In this document: in pieces, positions 60,336 to 64,000 of the stretch
How positions within the stretch are numbered: position 1 is the stretch's first letter
Layout of the letters: each line of letters opens with the position of its first letter
NCBI GenBank assembly: GCA_965215015.1
Contig: OZ244042.1
Span: 5,879,282 to 5,943,281 of the forward strand
Reading direction: 5' to 3'
Source of the DNA: Candidatus Poribacteria bacterium
Lineage (GTDB): Bacteria > Poribacteria > WGA-4E > PCPOR2b
DNA: 64,000 bases
Notes under the pieces: generated by a model
What the model was told of the DNA's origin: nothing
What the model saw: the letters and a program-made list of their open reading frames with translations, nothing else
Databases searched by the model: none
Position numbers and translations under genes: made by a program

Positions 60336-61658
60336 TCAATCAGTATTCTCTGTATCAACATCCTCTTGTTCCAAACCAAACATTTCCTGCAAAGCGCGGA
60401 CATACTGCACATGGTCGTCATTGGTATCATTGACTCCCCCTATACGATCGGGGCTCAAAGCAACTTGACGCAAATTCGCCGTCGGTTGATGCAGCAATTT
60501 TTTGATAATTGATTGTGTCATGGCTTCAACCATTTTCTGCTGTTTGAGGGTCAGCTGTGCTTTGTCAAGACAGATCTCCAACTCTTGTGAAGCGACTTGC
60601 TGGAACTGCTGATGGAGTGCTTTAATCGTCGGGTTGACTTCAAAAATTTGCAATCGGGACTGAAATTTTGCAACTTCTTCTTTAACAATCTGCGCTGCAA
60701 TCTCTGCCTCCTGTTCCCGGTCCTTGAGGTTCGCAGCGACCACCGTTTCAAGGTCATCAATGTTATACAGGAAGGCATTGTCTACTTTGCTCACCTCCGG
60801 ATCTATATCACGAGGCACGGCGATGTCGATCAGGAACATATAGCGATGCTTCCGCTTTTTCATAATTTCTGCAAGTGTACGCCGATCGATTAGGTAATAC
60901 GGTGCATCGGTTGAACTGATCACAATGTCCGCTTCGACAAGGAAGCTCAGATCCGGGTCGTATGTCAGGGGAATTCCATTAAATTTTTTAGCGATGTCAA
61001 CCGCACGCTGATATGTTCGATTCGCCACGATAACTTTGGAAACATCGTTTTTCACAAGGTATTGCGCCGTTAATTCACTCATTTCGCCGGCACCGATAAT
61101 GGCAACCGTTTTGTCTTCCAGACTTTGAAAAATCTTCTTGGCAAGTTCAACCGCTGCGTAGCTGATGGATACTGCGCCGGCGGCGATATTGGTTTCGGTA
61201 CGGACTCGCTTGCCGACGCTTATCGCTTTGGCAAATAGGCGGTTTAGAATGTCGCCAGTTGCTCCACCAGAGAGTGATTGGGCATACGCCTCTTTCACCT
61301 GACCAAGAATCTGTGGTTCGCCGACAACCATAGAATCGAGGCTTGCAGCTACATTGAAGAGATGACGAATGGCATCCAGATCTTGATGGCTATATGTAAA
61401 TTTATTCAGTTGTTGCGGCTCGATTTGATGATAATTTGATAGAAAATCGGAAAGAACAGCACAGCCATCTTTACTGTGGGTTACGGCATAGACCTCGACA
61501 CGGTTGCAGGTCGAGAGAATTGTCACCTCCCGAACATCGGGATGTCCCCTTAAAAGTTGAAAAGTCTCTGTAAGCTGGCTCTCAGAAAACGATAACTGTT
61601 CTCGAAAATCGAGGGGGGCAATATGATGACTAGTGCCGACAATAACAATTGGGTTCAT
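60336..61658 (-). CDS. hemA: glutamyl-tRNA reductase
   Basis: STCNRVE, SLDSMVVGEPQILGQVK, IGAGEM, DIAVPRD. Confidence 0.97.
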   Translation of the reverse strand: MNPIVIVGTSHHIAPLDFREQLSFSESQLTETFQLLRGHPDVREVTILSTCNRVEVYAVTHSKDGCAVLSDFLSNYHQIEPQQLNKFTYSHQDLDAIRHLFNVAASLDSMVVGEPQILGQVKEAYAQSLSGGATGDILNRLFAKAISVGKRVRTETNIAAGAVSISYAAVELAKKIFQSLEDKTVAIIGAGEMSELTAQYLVKNDVSKVIVANRTYQRAVDIAKKFNGIPLTYDPDLSFLVEADIVISSTDAPYYLIDRRTLAEIMKKRKHRYMFLIDIAVPRDIDPEVSKVDNAFLYNIDDLETVVAANLKDREQEAEIAAQIVKEEVAKFQSRLQIFEVNPTIKALHQQFQQVASQELEICLDKAQLTLKQQKMVEAMTQSIIKKLLHQPTANLRQVALSPDRIGGVNDTNDDHVQYVRALQEMFGLEQEDVDTENTD

Positions 61659-61661
61659 CTC

Positions 61662-62477
61662 TTAGAATGCGTGTATGCTAGGTAAAAAAAGATTAACGCC
61701 TACATAGGTAAACAGCACAGCAGCCAAACCGATAATTGCAGAATAAGCGGTTTTGCGGCCGCGCCAACCAAGAATTTGACGGATGCTGAGTTGTAACACA
61801 TAAATAAGCCATGTGGCGATTGTGAAGATAACCTTTGAATCAATCCATGTCCATTTGACTTCTGTAACATATTGTGTCCAAAGTACCCCAATAAGAATGC
61901 CCATCGTCATCAAAATTACGCCAATGAGGATGCACTTGTGACCGAGTTCATCCGATTGTCCAAGCGCGGGCAGAAGCGTGTAAATGAGCGTGTGCTGCTT
62001 CTCACGAATTTTCTTTTCTTCAATCAGGTACATCAGTCCAAACCCAAATGCAGCAACGAACGCGGCGTAAGCTAAAAAAATAACAGAAGAATGGGCGATG
62101 AGCCAGTAGTTCTGCAGATAAGTGGGAATCGCAGTATTTTCCCGAGCTTGTAACGTATAAGCGACTAACGTGGCTATAAAAGCAGCAGGAACAACAAAAA
62201 CCCCAATTGTATAGAGACGGGTCAAACGTGCGATGCACAGATAAATCAAGATGATTGCCCACGCTAGGAAGGAGGTTGAGTCATACCAATGTGCTATCAA
62301 ATGGCCCGCGTGTTGCCAACGCAGGGTGATAAAAGCGCAGTGCAGCACGAATCCACCTATCGTCAGTCAGTAGGCAAATCTTGCGAACGTTCGATTCCCT
62401 GTTGCAAGAAAAAGGATGTGCAATATGCTCGCCGCCAGATAGACTAGCAAAAGTGTATGAAAAAACAGTGAATTCAT
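61662..62477 (-). CDS. CcsA/HemX-like cytochrome c assembly membrane protein, interrupted by in-frame TGA at codon 37
   Basis: ATG at 62477 gives MNSLFFHTLLLVYLAASILHILFLATGNRTFARFAY*LTIGGFVLH..., in frame with the 62348 ORF; WL.AH, W.W.D.K, GWRGRK.A and C-terminal H.F motifs. Confidence 0.8.
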
Positions 62478-62512
62478 CGCGATATAAAACGTAAGAAGCG
62501 TATTTATTAAAC

Positions 62513-63685
62513 TTATTCACAGATTCTTTGAAGAGCATATTGACGGGCAGCATTGATTCGCCCGCTACGAATCATATTGAAAGTGCATCCGATTGCGCAG
62601 TTAGGCTCTTCAAAACCTAAGCAGCACTGTTGACCTTCATTTTCAGGAACCTGATCGATGAGGCGGTCGAAATATCGCTGGCGACCTTTCTGGGTTGGGA
62701 TGGATTCCATCACCGTAGGTCGCAGCGAACCGAGAAAATCGATAAACTCCCCATAACCGTTATTTTCAAACTGATGGACGAGTTGGGTTTGTACAGCCTC
62801 AATTCTACATCTTCCGGCTACGCCTGTATCAGTTTCCTGAATATGATTGGCGGAAATGCTGATAATCAGATCGCCGTCTCTCACTAGAGGCGGCGTAGTA
62901 AATGTTCCAAGCTCCGGAACGTTGATGAATTCAATTAGTTGACACGGATCAAAGGTAGCGAAAACAGGATTTTCAGGCTCGAAATCGTCAACCAAGACAA
63001 GAAAAATATCTGACAAACGTCCTAAACTGTCCGGGCTCGGGGCAACTCGATCAACAGATGCACCGCAACTCAGCAGTAAGTCAAGTCTTTGTGCAAGAGG
63101 TTCCCTCATCTCCTCCGAATCGCTGATTACGACACAATGACGGTTTTCCAATAAAAAACAGACCGGATACGGAAGGCCGCCACCCTTAAAAGATGAGGTG
63201 AAATTTGACTCAGATGGTTCATCGTAAAGAGACGCCGCTTCAAATTTTGCTTCAAGGTATTCTCGGATGCGTCTGGACAACGCTGGGCTTTTGCCACTTG
63301 TGGATATACTAATCGTCAGGTCTTCGTGCGTAATTACGGACGCCGCTGCAAAGGTACACTCAGGAATCACATCAACCACGTTAACAAGATTGATTCCGTA
63401 TACTTCATGGGCTTCCTTGAATACTTGTGTGTTGATTTCTGGCAGATCGGTTGCCGCACAAACAAGGAACATCCCTTCCGTATCACCGGGTCGAAACTGG
63501 CGCTTATGCCATGTTATCTGATTGCTCTGTGCCAAAACCGCATTGGCTTGCGTCGCTTCGGGACTAATTAGCGTTACATCCCCACCGCTGCGAAGCAGAG
63601 AGAGTACCTTTCGTTCAGCGACAAGCCCTGCGCCCACAACGAGACATTTGCGATTTTGGAGGTTCAGATACGCTGGATAGAACAT
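62513..63685 (-). CDS. precorrin-2 dehydrogenase/sirohydrochlorin ferrochelatase (SirC/Met8/CysG-N like) with tandem duplicated domain
   Basis: YPAYLNL...VVGAGLVAERK, VNVVD, ISISTSGKSPALSR; a second degenerate copy starts at LPYPVCFLLENRHCVVI. Confidence 0.85.
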   Translation of the reverse strand: MFYPAYLNLQNRKCLVVGAGLVAERKVLSLLRSGGDVTLISPEATQANAVLAQSNQITWHKRQFRPGDTEGMFLVCAATDLPEINTQVFKEAHEVYGINLVNVVDVIPECTFAAASVITHEDLTISISTSGKSPALSRRIREYLEAKFEAASLYDEPSESNFTSSFKGGGLPYPVCFLLENRHCVVISDSEEMREPLAQRLDLLLSCGASVDRVAPSPDSLGRLSDIFLVLVDDFEPENPVFATFDPCQLIEFINVPELGTFTTPPLVRDGDLIISISANHIQETDTGVAGRCRIEAVQTQLVHQFENNGYGEFIDFLGSLRPTVMESIPTQKGRQRYFDRLIDQVPENEGQQCCLGFEEPNCAIGCTFNMIRSGRINAARQYALQRICE

Positions 63686-63846
63686 AATCTAAAAGGTAAA
63701 GTAAGAGGGCGTTGTAGGCTTTCCGTCTCTGTTCCCTCGGTGTCCATAAAAAATAATCCGTAATACGTAGAAAAACGTGTCTACGCAATGAGAGTGGTTG
63801 TGTAGACAATCCCTTACGCATTGCTCATTACATATTCTTTTTCGTC

Positions 63847-64000
63847 ATGAGTAGTTACTAGCTTTTCTCTGAATTTAACGCAAAGTCGCAAGGCCCGATG
63901 CCGTTGCCCTCCCAAGGAAATGCTTACGGCATCGGGGATTCACGGTTTCACCGGGATTGGAACGAAGAAACGAACACCCTTCCCAGACGAAGGGAAAGGG
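63847..64000. repeat. dispersed repeat copy 3 (runs off window)
   Basis: ATGAGTAG...CTTTTCTCTGAATTTAACGCAAAG, with downstream motifs shared with 44943-45125. Confidence 0.7.

Noticed and set aside
37644-62369. Genome-wide stop-codon recoding suggested by in-frame TAG/TAA/TGA at 37723, 52754, 60210 and 62367
   Set aside because: Three different stops are involved, all three end normal genes here, and Uma2 also has frameshifts. Decay explains them better.

Overview
Bacterial chromosomal segment, mostly coded on the minus strand. It looks like Ca. Poribacteria, but that is my recollection of the repeat and domain style, not a tested assignment. (1) 1-13.4 kb is a co-oriented defence island. An Eco57I-like N6-adenine methyltransferase with an AT-rich, apparently swapped specificity region and a truncated PLD-type/helicase-like gene enclose about 9.5 kb of cargo. 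The cargo is a TIR_2 protein, a ThsB-like TIR with a small 3-TM protein, an AAA ATPase with a DUF4276/TOPRIM-like partner, three tandem TM-coiled-coil paralogs of variable length separated by deleted copies of the DUF4276 gene, a Schlafen/AlbA_2 protein, a nucleoside 2-deoxyribosyltransferase and an orphan antitoxin-like gene. (2) 13.4-48 kb holds mixed housekeeping and accessory genes: an atypical exported SOR-like protein, rarA, an RND permease, three tandem TPR paralogs, a repeat/TolB-like exported protein, scpAB, trpS, CCA enzyme, NYN protein, a hybrid kinase and a sigma-54 activator. Intergenic regions carry REP-like palindromes and MITE-like elements. (3) 49.6-63.7 kb is a heme/siroheme biosynthesis plus cytochrome c maturation (ccm) superoperon. 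It contains a ccsA/hemX-like gene with an in-frame TGA, a tandemly duplicated SirC-like protein and two small relics. I saw no rRNA, tRNA or CRISPR array. The best candidate for an undescribed system is the TIR + TIR + 3-TM module with the neighbouring coiled-coil array, inside the RM-flanked hotspot.
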